This document shows, piece by piece, positions 40,664 through 49,950 of a stretch of DNA of 64,000 bases. The DNA comes from a virus. Position 1 is the first letter of the stretch, and the number at the start of each line of letters is the position of its first letter. The position numbers were made by a program, and so were the translations under genes. A model generated the notes under the pieces. It was not told where the DNA came from and ran no database searches. It saw nothing but the letters and a program-made list of their open reading frames with translations. The stretch is taken from the IMG/VR virus record IMGVR_UViG_3300006141_000001; one strand, written 5' to 3'.

Positions 40664-42517
40664 ATGAATTTTAACAGACAACAGGAAGAGATAATCAACT
40701 CTATTAATGGGAATATCGCCGTTATAGCATCGGCAGGTTCCGGGAAAACCACCGCCCTTACCAATAGGATAAAGAATATGGTAGAAAACCACGACTGCAC
40801 GCCATCCACAATCCTTGCCGTCACATTCAGCAAAAAAGCACGCGATGCAATTTCAGAAAAATTAGAAGGGTTAAATGTCTATGGTGTAAATGTCGAGACA
40901 TTCCACTCACTGGCATTGAAAATAATCGTGTCAGTGCATGGACAGAAATACAAAGTATGGAACCTCCAGTGGGAAAAGGAAAAATTTATACAGGAAATAT
41001 GCAAGTCAAAATGCAACTTATGCGGATCAGAAATTCCATTCAATGAGATCTGTTCCTTTATATCATTGCAGAAAGTAAATATGCTAAAGCCAACAGATGA
41101 GGCGATCCCGCAAAGTGATATGCCATTCCGTTTTGGAAAAATGAAAGAAATTTACTCTACATACGAAGATATGAAAAAAGATAAGGGATATATTGAGTTT
41201 GATGATTTCCTCAACATGGCAAATGACATTTTCGCCTCCCGGCCAGATATCCTTAACTCATACAAAAAATCTTTTAAGTACATTTTAGTGGATGAGTTCC
41301 AGGATGTTTCCTTATCCCAATATATGCTGCTAAAGAATCTTGGGACGGGAAATACCATGATTGTAGGAGACCCATTACAGGCAATCTATTCATTTAGGGG
41401 CGGCGATGACAAATATATCTTAAACTTTGACACGGAATATCCGGACACTAAAGTAATCAACTTAAACACTAACTACAGGTGCAGTTCCGATATTGTCAAT
41501 ACTGCAAATATGCTATCACACAGCGTATCGTATTCCAAACACAGGAATTATGTAGAAAGCATTGCGCATAATGGGAAAAATAAGATCCCGGAACTGAAGA
41601 GATTCCCAGACAATGAGCATGAAAGCACATGGATTGCAGAAAAAATCAAAAATTTAATTGGCGAAGGATATAAATATGAGGATATTTCCATCCTTTCAAG
41701 GACAAATGCCCAACTGCAGGCAACAGAGAATGTGTTCCATAAAGAGAAAATCCCATTTGAAGTTGTCAATGGGCGGCTTTTCACAGAGCTTCCTGAAATA
41801 AAACTCATCATATCTTACTTGAAACTTGCCATAGATCAGGATGACGATTCTTCATTTCGGTATCTGTACAACAAGCCAAACAGATGGTTGGACAAGAAAT
41901 TCTTGAAGGAAGTGGAGGACAACAGCTCTTACCGTAAAAATTCCTTGTATGAGTCAATGCTCACAATCCGTAGGAGGAACTGGAGGTTTAAAAACGGGAT
42001 CGATGAAATTGTGGAAGTGGTTAAATATTTAAAGAAAAAGAAAGATTCTCCTGTATCCGATTTAGTCCATTACCTCCGGGAAAGGTTGGAAATCGACTAT
42101 TTTGTATCAAAAGGAAAACAATCTGATGATGGAAGTTATATAGAACAGGTTGAGAACCTTGATACTTTCGAGGATATGTGCGAAAAATACGAGTCAATTG
42201 AAGACCTGATTTATTACTTAGATGATATGGACAAAGAGATCAGAAGCAATACGGGAGACAAAGTGAAGCTACTGACAATCCATAAGTCAAAAGGCATGGA
42301 GTATCCAGTCGTATTCATTATTGGATGTAGTGATGGGTTATTGCCACATTATAAAAGCAATAATGACGAAGATGAGAGGAGGCTGTTGTATGTCGCTATT
42401 ACAAGGGCTGAGAAGGAACTGTATATGTCATATGTTGACTTCTCCAATGGCAAGTCAATGGGGATAAGCCCGTTTATGAAAGATATTATGGAGACTGTAA
42501 ATTTTGTAAAAGAATAA
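40664..42517 (+). CDS. UvrD/PcrA-family SF1 helicase
   Basis: ASAGSGKTT, LVDEFQD, VGDPLQAIYSFRG, NYRCS, TIHKSKGMEY, EDERRLLYVAITRA. Confidence 0.95.
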   Translation: MNFNRQQEEIINSINGNIAVIASAGSGKTTALTNRIKNMVENHDCTPSTILAVTFSKKARDAISEKLEGLNVYGVNVETFHSLALKIIVSVHGQKYKVWNLQWEKEKFIQEICKSKCNLCGSEIPFNEICSFISLQKVNMLKPTDEAIPQSDMPFRFGKMKEIYSTYEDMKKDKGYIEFDDFLNMANDIFASRPDILNSYKKSFKYILVDEFQDVSLSQYMLLKNLGTGNTMIVGDPLQAIYSFRGGDDKYILNFDTEYPDTKVINLNTNYRCSSDIVNTANMLSHSVSYSKHRNYVESIAHNGKNKIPELKRFPDNEHESTWIAEKIKNLIGEGYKYEDISILSRTNAQLQATENVFHKEKIPFEVVNGRLFTELPEIKLIISYLKLAIDQDDDSSFRYLYNKPNRWLDKKFLKEVEDNSSYRKNSLYESMLTIRRRNWRFKNGIDEIVEVVKYLKKKKDSPVSDLVHYLRERLEIDYFVSKGKQSDDGSYIEQVENLDTFEDMCEKYESIEDLIYYLDDMDKEIRSNTGDKVKLLTIHKSKGMEYPVVFIIGCSDGLLPHYKSNNDEDERRLLYVAITRAEKELYMSYVDFSNGKSMGISPFMKDIMETVNFVKE

Positions 42518-42532
42518 TGGGGCTATCATTAT

Positions 42533-43288
42533 ATGGGAATAAGGAAGGTAATTACAGATAATTATTCATTGTTTTTGGGTGATTGTATAGATGTAATGTC
42601 AATATTAGATGATAATTCCGTAGATATGATATTATGCGACTTACCATACGGGACAACAAAATGTCCTTGGGATATTATCATACCATTCCACAAACTATGG
42701 GGACAGTATAGGAGAATAGCAAAGGATAATGCTGCCATTCTCCTATTCGGGCAGGAACCATTTGCATCCTTATTGAGGACAAGCAATATTGACAATTACA
42801 AATATGACATCTATTGGGAGAAAGAACGCCTCACGAATATTAACCAAGTCAAAAGAAGGGTTGGCAAGACGGTCGAAACGATTTCTGTGTTTTATAAAAA
42901 GCAATGTACATACAATCCTCAGATGGTCAAATATGAAGGGAAACCCAGAAGCAATAAAGTAAAAAACGGAAAACTTGGAATGCTTACGGATGAGAAGGAA
43001 CATAAAGCTGTTGAGTACCATGACACAGGTTGGAGATATCCAACACAGGTATGGAAGTATAAAAGGGATTGCTTAAAATCTAATTTACATCCCACACAGA
43101 AGCCATTGGCATTGTGTGAAGATCTAATAAAAACTTTTAGCAATGAAGGCGATTTAGTGCTTGATAACTGTATGGGAAGCAATACTACAGGGTTGGCATG
43201 TGTGAATACCGGAAGGAAATTCATAGGGATTGAAAAAGAAGAGAAATTTTTTGATATCTCAGTAGATAGGATAAAGGGCAATATTTAA
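42533..43288 (+). CDS. Orphan N6A/N4C DNA methyltransferase (beta class)
   Basis: DLPYG, HPTQKP, VLDNCMGSNTTG. Confidence 0.92.
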   Translation: MGIRKVITDNYSLFLGDCIDVMSILDDNSVDMILCDLPYGTTKCPWDIIIPFHKLWGQYRRIAKDNAAILLFGQEPFASLLRTSNIDNYKYDIYWEKERLTNINQVKRRVGKTVETISVFYKKQCTYNPQMVKYEGKPRSNKVKNGKLGMLTDEKEHKAVEYHDTGWRYPTQVWKYKRDCLKSNLHPTQKPLALCEDLIKTFSNEGDLVLDNCMGSNTTGLACVNTGRKFIGIEKEEKFFDISVDRIKGNI

Positions 43289-43507
43289 TATTTAATTTTT
43301 AAAATAAGAGAAAAAAGATAGGAGACAAAAAGGAATGAATAATAATGAAAAGAAAGAACCAATAAATGCAAAAAATAATGAGGGAAATTTTATTACACCA
43401 GAAAATTATCCATCTATACTGAGGTTATTAGCCGATGAATATGAGAAACGGCAATTATCAGAAAAAGAGAGTAAAGAACGTAATTAGGAAAAAAAGAGAG
43501 GCTTACT

Positions 43508-44302
43508 ATGAGGAAAAAAGATATCCAAATTGAGAACATAAGCGGCGTTGACTGTTACGAAAAGGATGGGACAGTATACCTGAAATTGGAAACGGTAGCA
43601 AGGGGATTAGGATTTACAAGGATTGCAAAAAGCGGAAATGAGGTTGTTATGTGGAGTAGAGTTGAGGGGTATTTGGAAAATTTAGGCGTGCACACAAGTG
43701 CGCACGACGATTTCATCCCAGAAAACATCTTTTATCGTCTTGCGATGAAAGCAAAAAACGAGACAGCCGAGAAATTCCAGGCGAAGGTTGCCGATGAGAT
43801 CATACCGACTATCCGTAAGACGGGAGGGTATGTGAATGACGATGAAGTATTCATCAATACTTATCTTCCCTTTGCAGATGATGCAACAAGATTATTATTC
43901 AAAAGCACTTTATCCACTGTAAGAAAATTGAATGACGTTATTGAAAAACAGAAAAAAGATATTGTACATAAACAAAATGTAATTACCGGATTTACTGATG
44001 ACATAACCCTTGCAGAGAAGAGGCAGATCCTCAATCGGGTTGTCAGGTATAAGAATGCGAATTATAGGGATAGATGGGGTGTCCTCTACAGGGAATTTGA
44101 GAATAAGTTCCATATTAATCTCCAATATAGGTATGACGCATATAACAAAAGACACAAACCAAAATGTACGAGCAAACTAGATTATGTAGATAAAGTTATG
44201 GGCAAAGTTCCTGAATTATATGAGATTGCAGCAAAATTGTATGAGAACGATGTGAATGCATTGGTGAAAGAAATGTATGGGGTGGTAGGCAGTAACGGAT
44301 GA
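43508..44302 (+). CDS. Bro-N-type phage antirepressor
   Basis: LETVARGLGF...FIPENIFYRLAMKAKNETAEKFQ...IPTIRKTGGY. Confidence 0.8.
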   Translation: MRKKDIQIENISGVDCYEKDGTVYLKLETVARGLGFTRIAKSGNEVVMWSRVEGYLENLGVHTSAHDDFIPENIFYRLAMKAKNETAEKFQAKVADEIIPTIRKTGGYVNDDEVFINTYLPFADDATRLLFKSTLSTVRKLNDVIEKQKKDIVHKQNVITGFTDDITLAEKRQILNRVVRYKNANYRDRWGVLYREFENKFHINLQYRYDAYNKRHKPKCTSKLDYVDKVMGKVPELYEIAAKLYENDVNALVKEMYGVVGSNG

Positions 44303-44405
44303 TTGGTATTATCCAATCATCTGCTTATCCATATAAGCCACAATATAGACCAGTATAAGAAAATTGCGGGATATTAAATGAAATGAATAAATATAAGGAG
44401 GATTT

Positions 44406-45446
44406 ATGCAACAGATTGATATTAATGAATTAACACCACATCCACGCAACAACGAATTCTTCGATGACATGAGTGGAGAAAAGTGGAATGAATTTTTAGA
44501 ATCTATAAAATCAAGAGGAGTTATTGAACCAATAGTAATCACACCTGATAAAGTTATTGTATCTGGTCATCAACGGGTAAGGGCTTGTAAGGAACTTGGA
44601 ATTGACAGTGTTATGTGTGACGTGCATACATATAACAATGAAGATGAAATCCTGCAAGACCTATTGGAAACAAATATTCGGCAACGCGGGAGTATTGGTG
44701 GATCAGACAAAAAAATCAGCTTGAGGATTAAAGAATTGGAAAGGATTTATGGAATTGAGCATGGTGGAGACAGAACGCAACACGAAAAAAATTCGTCTTG
44801 CAAAACTCAAACCGATTTAGCTTCTTATATGAACATGGATGTCCGTACCCTCCAAAATTATAAACGCCTAGCAGATATGATACCAGAATTGGAAGAACTG
44901 GTTGACACTGGCATTGTAACTAAGACTACTGCGCTTGCGATGATAAAGAACTTATCTGAAGAAGAACAACTGAACCTAATTTCTTCATTAGACACGACAA
45001 AGAAAATTACAAAGAAAGAAATACAACGATACATTGACAAGATAAAAAGACTTGAAGAGGATAATGAAAAGATCATTTCCTTAGAGAATCAAATTTCAGA
45101 TTTAAAAGCAGAAAAGAGCATTCTTGAAAGGAAAGTCAGATTAACACAAGAAGACTCTGATAGATTTAATAAATTAAAATCTGATATTGAATTTCTAACA
45201 AAAAGGAAATCAGATATTGGAAGGCAAATTGATTCCGCAACTGAATTGGCTGGATTAACAGTAAAATTGCAAAAATTATTAGAAGATGAACTTGCCCCTA
45301 TAAAATTCAAAAGATGTATGGAACGGTTGGATTCCAGTGATGTATGCGTTTCAAATTTAGTAGAAATTATTGAAAATATTGACAATTGGTCTTCAGAAAT
45401 GAAAAAAATATTAGGCGACAAATACGAAGATATTATTGATATTTAA
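44406..45446 (+). CDS. ParB N-terminal domain protein with HTH and coiled coil
   Basis: INELTPHPRN, ESIKSRGVIEPIVI, IVSGHQRVRA, ETNIRQR. Confidence 0.85.
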   Translation: MQQIDINELTPHPRNNEFFDDMSGEKWNEFLESIKSRGVIEPIVITPDKVIVSGHQRVRACKELGIDSVMCDVHTYNNEDEILQDLLETNIRQRGSIGGSDKKISLRIKELERIYGIEHGGDRTQHEKNSSCKTQTDLASYMNMDVRTLQNYKRLADMIPELEELVDTGIVTKTTALAMIKNLSEEEQLNLISSLDTTKKITKKEIQRYIDKIKRLEEDNEKIISLENQISDLKAEKSILERKVRLTQEDSDRFNKLKSDIEFLTKRKSDIGRQIDSATELAGLTVKLQKLLEDELAPIKFKRCMERLDSSDVCVSNLVEIIENIDNWSSEMKKILGDKYEDIIDI

Positions 45447-45460
45447 AGGAGAAAATATAT

Positions 45461-46075
45461 ATGAAAAATTTAACAACAAAACCTATAAATGAAATGACAA
45501 AAAATGAGCGGGAATATATTAGAAATGAACTGAATGAGATTGATAAAGACAATATTAGAAAAGAACTTGAAGAAATACAAGAAGAACAGAAGAAAAACAA
45601 CGAAAGAATTGATGGACTTGAAGATGATGTTAAAAAAACAAAAGATGACGTTGAAAAATTACAAAAAAATACAAATGTACTTGGTTCACCTTTTCATTCC
45701 AAAAGGAAAAGGAACTTTAATAATCTATGCAAAAAAAGAGTATGGAAATTATTCAATAACGACAAAAACACATGTGAATATGTATTATTTTCTCCGTTTT
45801 TATTTAAGAAGATTTATAGTTCTGTTGCAATCAATTTTGATTTGGATACTTGGCATGATATTAGTATGGAAAACTACGAAGAAGAATATAGTATGTATTC
45901 ACAGGCAAAAGAGTTTGCTACATATTGGACTCCATCAGATTGGTATATTTCCCAATGCATTGATGGAATGATTATTAAACGGGATAGTGGAATCTTAAGT
46001 CCTGAAAGATGTCGTGCATTAACAGAATATTTGAAGATAACAAATGGCGGAGAAATAAATCCGTTCTCTAACTAA
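45461..46075 (+). CDS. Hypothetical coiled-coil protein
   Basis: AAGGAG RBS, 204 aa. Confidence 0.65.
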   Translation: MKNLTTKPINEMTKNEREYIRNELNEIDKDNIRKELEEIQEEQKKNNERIDGLEDDVKKTKDDVEKLQKNTNVLGSPFHSKRKRNFNNLCKKRVWKLFNNDKNTCEYVLFSPFLFKKIYSSVAINFDLDTWHDISMENYEEEYSMYSQAKEFATYWTPSDWYISQCIDGMIIKRDSGILSPERCRALTEYLKITNGGEINPFSN

Positions 46076-46561
46076 CTTAGCCAACAAAGCGATGATTGCA
46101 ACTGGCACTCGTTAACTCAGCACAAGAAAGAAGGCATCAAATGAGACACCTTCTTTCAAAAGAGCATGTACATGCACCCTCAGTAGGGGTTCCTACTGGC
46201 GACAAAACTTTAGTTCCCTTTAAACTGGCCACATATAAAGAATTTACGTTCCGTTATGTGTGGCACAATTTAAAACTTGATTAGATTTTTCGCAAACTTC
46301 GACACAATTTCTGTCATATGGTGCATTTCTCCTTCCGTACCTATATTTTTTAATAGTTGAGAATATGTTTACAAGTTCCTTTGGTACGCACCATATAACT
46401 ATTATAACAGCAATTGCCGCTTTCGTTAATAGATATTTAGAATTAATTTCAAGATTTAAGAATTAAAGAAACCATAAATAACGATTTTGTAAGGAGTCAT
46501 ATTATGGAAAATTATTTAAAAAAGAAAATATTAAATGTAAAAAGGAGAATTTTAGAAACAT

Positions 46562-46810
46562 ATGGATGGAACTTGCAACGTAGGAAATTATGAAGTAGAT
46601 TACACAAAATTCGGGGGCGTTATTTATCCTTCAGATTTTTATCCTGGATTTAATAGTGGTGATATCGCTAGAAGAATTATAAGTGACTGGAATTTTGACA
46701 AACAATGCAGAAAAAATATTGAAGAGCGTAAAAGAACAGATGTCTGGAGGTTTGAAAATGGACAGAAAAAAGAAGATAAAAAAGAAGGTAAAATTGAAAC
46801 TAATGGATGA
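46562..46810 (+). CDS. Hypothetical phage protein
   Basis: AAGGAG RBS. Confidence 0.5.
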   Translation: MDGTCNVGNYEVDYTKFGGVIYPSDFYPGFNSGDIARRIISDWNFDKQCRKNIEERKRTDVWRFENGQKKEDKKEGKIETNG

Positions 46811-47136
46811 AGGAAGATGCCTAAGTGTCAAGCTACCAGAAGAATGCGGAGGCCTTGGATATTCTGTCAGGTGCATTTACAGGTATGATGAAAAAGAGCA
46901 GAAAAATATTTTTATCCATGTGGTTATTGAAAGACGGTATTGACGATGAGTTTAGGATCAATTCACAGGAAATAGATACACAGTATTTTCATGGAGCGTC
47001 TATCTGTCCTGAACGGTATATAAAAAACATTATTGAACATGGAAGCATGAGCGGGTATTTTTCAGAATATATCGAAAGGCTTGAATATACATATAAGTGT
47101 TTTGACAAAGGCAATGAATTTTATTCTCAGATTTAG
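46758..47136 (+). pseudogene. Hypothetical protein split by a frameshift near 46905
   Basis: MDRKKK... frame switches into ...IFLSMWLLKDGIDD at an A run. Confidence 0.45.
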
Positions 47137-47571
47137 GTGTACAAAATGACAAAGAACGATTATAAGTATTTTAATAAAGCCAGGCAGGTTGCTTTGGTAT
47201 CTGATTATAAGAACATACATGTTGGGTGTGTCGCCGTATATCAGAAAACCGTTATAGGGATTGGATGTAACTGCAATAAGACGCATCCTATCCAGAAACA
47301 TTATAATAGATACCGTGAAAAATCTGATCTGCTTCCAAAACTACATGCTGAGATAAGCTGTATAAATTCAATAAAGAATCTGTGTATTAATTTTTCGAAG
47401 GTAAGGCTATATATTTACCGAATAAGGAATGACACGCCATTTGGGATATCACGTCCTTGTCCATCATGTATGGCAGCAATCAGGGATTTGGGCATCAAAG
47501 ATATCTATTATACGACAAATGATGGATATGCCCATGAGACAGTTAAAAATATGGAAGGAGGTGTTGCGTAA
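47137..47571 (+). CDS. Zinc-dependent cytidine/dCMP deaminase-fold protein
   Basis: HVGCV, LHAEI, SRPCPSC, IYYT. Confidence 0.85.
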   Translation: MYKMTKNDYKYFNKARQVALVSDYKNIHVGCVAVYQKTVIGIGCNCNKTHPIQKHYNRYREKSDLLPKLHAEISCINSIKNLCINFSKVRLYIYRIRNDTPFGISRPCPSCMAAIRDLGIKDIYYTTNDGYAHETVKNMEGGVA

Positions 47572-47807
47572 TTTGTAGCGTATGTAAGAAAAACCCATGC
47601 GATTCAAGGTGTCCTAATTATTCACCGAAAAAATATAGGCACTACTGCTCTTTTTGTGGCGATGGGATACATGAGGGCGAAGAATATATTGAAAACGGGA
47701 ACGGAGAATACCGTCACTATGAATGTTTTTATGGCTTGAGGGAACTTCTCGGATGGCTAGGATATGATGTTAAAACTATGGAGGATTTTGAGGATGAAGA
47801 TTATTGA
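47571..47807 (+). CDS. Cys-rich zinc-finger protein with ATT start (missing from ORF track)
   Basis: AGGAGGT RBS, TAATT overlap; CSVC..PC..RCP...CSFCGDGI...HYEC, 78 aa. Confidence 0.6.
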   Translation: MCSVCKKNPCDSRCPNYSPKKYRHYCSFCGDGIHEGEEYIENGNGEYRHYECFYGLRELLGWLGYDVKTMEDFEDEDY

Positions 47808-48072
47808 AAAAATGAAGAGAATGCTTAAACGAAGAAAACCTAAAACTGAATACTGGATTAATATAAACCAGATACACGTCAATCCCGCGTGGAGACAGAC
47901 AAAGATTGGTTCAAAGAAGTTTAGGCGCAAGATGAAATACTGGTATCGCACTGGCGAATTTGAGTCAAAGATTATCCTGGACAAGGATTTCAATCTGATT
48001 GATGGATATAGTTCCGTGAGGATTGCGGAGATTAAGGGGATTATTAAGCTTCCAGTTTATTTTGTGGATTAG
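47764..48072 (+). CDS. Minimal ParB-like protein (likely start 47794)
   Basis: IILDKDFNLIDGYS motif. Confidence 0.55.
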   Translation: MMLKLWRILRMKIIEKMKRMLKRRKPKTEYWININQIHVNPAWRQTKIGSKKFRRKMKYWYRTGEFESKIILDKDFNLIDGYSSVRIAEIKGIIKLPVYFVD

Positions 48073-48099
48073 GAAATTATACATAGAGGAGGTTACTGG

Positions 48100-49950
48100 A
48101 TGGATGTTTTTGAATATTTGCCGCAACTGATTGTTGCTTACGATGGCAACGATAAATTTGCGAATCTTATTCATGTGAGTAAATCAAATAAAGATAACGA
48201 CTACTACTGCCCTTGTTGTGGGGGAATTGTCAAACCAAGGGCATTGCATAGTAAAAAAGAGCAGTCTCATTATTACCATAAAACAGGGAAATGCAGCAAA
48301 GAAAGCCAGTTGCATTTTTTCTGTAAAAATTGGTTATTTGAAAAGGGAAGTAAATTTTGTATAAATGGGGATATATTCAAAGTTGATTCTATTGACATAG
48401 AAAAATCATGGCCTACCAAATTTGGAGACTATAAGCCGGATATCACTGTCTATACGACATCTGGTAAAATAATTTATTTTGAAATGTTTTTCTCTAACAG
48501 AAAAAATGGTGATGATTATTTTTGTAAGTGGGACGCACTTGGGAATGATGTTGTTGAGGTCAATATAAAAGAATATATGTTTAAAACGGATGAGGATGTT
48601 ATCCCATCATTCGCGTACTTATACCATGACAGTATCTGCTATTCCAAATCATATGTGAAGAAGGATTTGTACGCGAATACAATTGCCAGAATAAAAGATA
48701 ATTTAACCAGGCAGAAAATGCTTAACTATAAATCCCGAAATGAGCAGTTGGACTGGTTTTGGCAGAAAGTCAGGTTAAACGAAAGCAAGGACTCTATATT
48801 AGATTCGGTTAAATGCATGGATTATGAAGACATGGTGTCCTGCTATTCTATTATCAAAAGAAAGCAGTGTGTTTCGTATTTAAAGGACGAAATTTTAGAG
48901 ATTATAAACAAAAAGGTTGTGTCTGAAGTTAGAGAATCTTTAAACTTGCCATATGATGAAAATGTGTATTTTGACTTAATCCATATCCATGGGAGAACAT
49001 ATGAAGCTGGGATAAGGTTGGACATAAAGACAACGCATATTTCATACAATAAATTCCGCTATAAATGTCTATATTATGATAAGCGCAAGTATAGTTTTGA
49101 ACATACAACAATTGTTTTTAGCAAAAATGTGCATGACGCAAAAGAAGTAATAATATTAGGCGAACAGCTAAATGAATTTAATAATATATTCAGAAAGACG
49201 TTAAAATTTAAAGATATGCTTTTAAATTTTGAGGACAAATTATCTGAATTTGAGGGAGATAAATACAAGATAAGAATTAATAACGATTATTGCACTGTCC
49301 TATCAAAGACGCAGGACGGCAGATTTGAAGTGGTATTGGATAAATTTCAATTGAATAATTATGAGATAAATAGTTTGTCTGATGCTATCCAGAATGGAAT
49401 CCAGGAGAGAAAAAACGAAGAATTTTTAAAAACAATCTTATCTAATGAAAAATATCAGTCAGAGATAAGAAGCTTAAAAAATTATAAAGATTTTGAATAT
49501 CAGGTTTCTGTAACACATAAAAAAAGTACATGGAATCATGAAAAAGATGGCATTTATCTCAAACTTTATGTAAATAAAAATTGCGAATATAATGAAATGA
49601 TACAGCCAAATTTTTACGGTTTTATTGCGGGAATAAATAAATGTAAAGTTCTTCTGGATAATTTTGTAAAAGAATATGATATCTTAATCAAAATCGTAGG
49701 ACAAATAAATGCTTGTAAAAATGGTTTTTGGAAGGCAAAATTATCGTTTGATTTTTGGGGCAATCCTGAAATAAAAATTAATCAGACATATATTGAATCT
49801 ATATGGACGGAAAGTCATGTCTTATTACATGATTTTTATTCGCTAACCAAACAGGATATCATATCCAAATTAGAAAACGCAATGCATTCTGTATTAAAAA
49901 ATATGGAAAAGTACGGATGCTATATAATGGAGGTGAAAGATAATGGGTAA
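48100..49950 (+). CDS. CoiA-like protein: zinc finger plus PD-(D/E)xK nuclease-like N-terminus
   Basis: YYCPCCGG...HYYH...ESQLH; KPDITV...YFEM; overlaps the RNAP start. Confidence 0.6.
   Translation: MDVFEYLPQLIVAYDGNDKFANLIHVSKSNKDNDYYCPCCGGIVKPRALHSKKEQSHYYHKTGKCSKESQLHFFCKNWLFEKGSKFCINGDIFKVDSIDIEKSWPTKFGDYKPDITVYTTSGKIIYFEMFFSNRKNGDDYFCKWDALGNDVVEVNIKEYMFKTDEDVIPSFAYLYHDSICYSKSYVKKDLYANTIARIKDNLTRQKMLNYKSRNEQLDWFWQKVRLNESKDSILDSVKCMDYEDMVSCYSIIKRKQCVSYLKDEILEIINKKVVSEVRESLNLPYDENVYFDLIHIHGRTYEAGIRLDIKTTHISYNKFRYKCLYYDKRKYSFEHTTIVFSKNVHDAKEVIILGEQLNEFNNIFRKTLKFKDMLLNFEDKLSEFEGDKYKIRINNDYCTVLSKTQDGRFEVVLDKFQLNNYEINSLSDAIQNGIQERKNEEFLKTILSNEKYQSEIRSLKNYKDFEYQVSVTHKKSTWNHEKDGIYLKLYVNKNCEYNEMIQPNFYGFIAGINKCKVLLDNFVKEYDILIKIVGQINACKNGFWKAKLSFDFWGNPEIKINQTYIESIWTESHVLLHDFYSLTKQDIISKLENAMHSVLKNMEKYGCYIMEVKDNG

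Noticed and set aside
42533-43288. Complete restriction-modification system
   Set aside because: No adjacent endonuclease; orphan methyltransferases are common in phages
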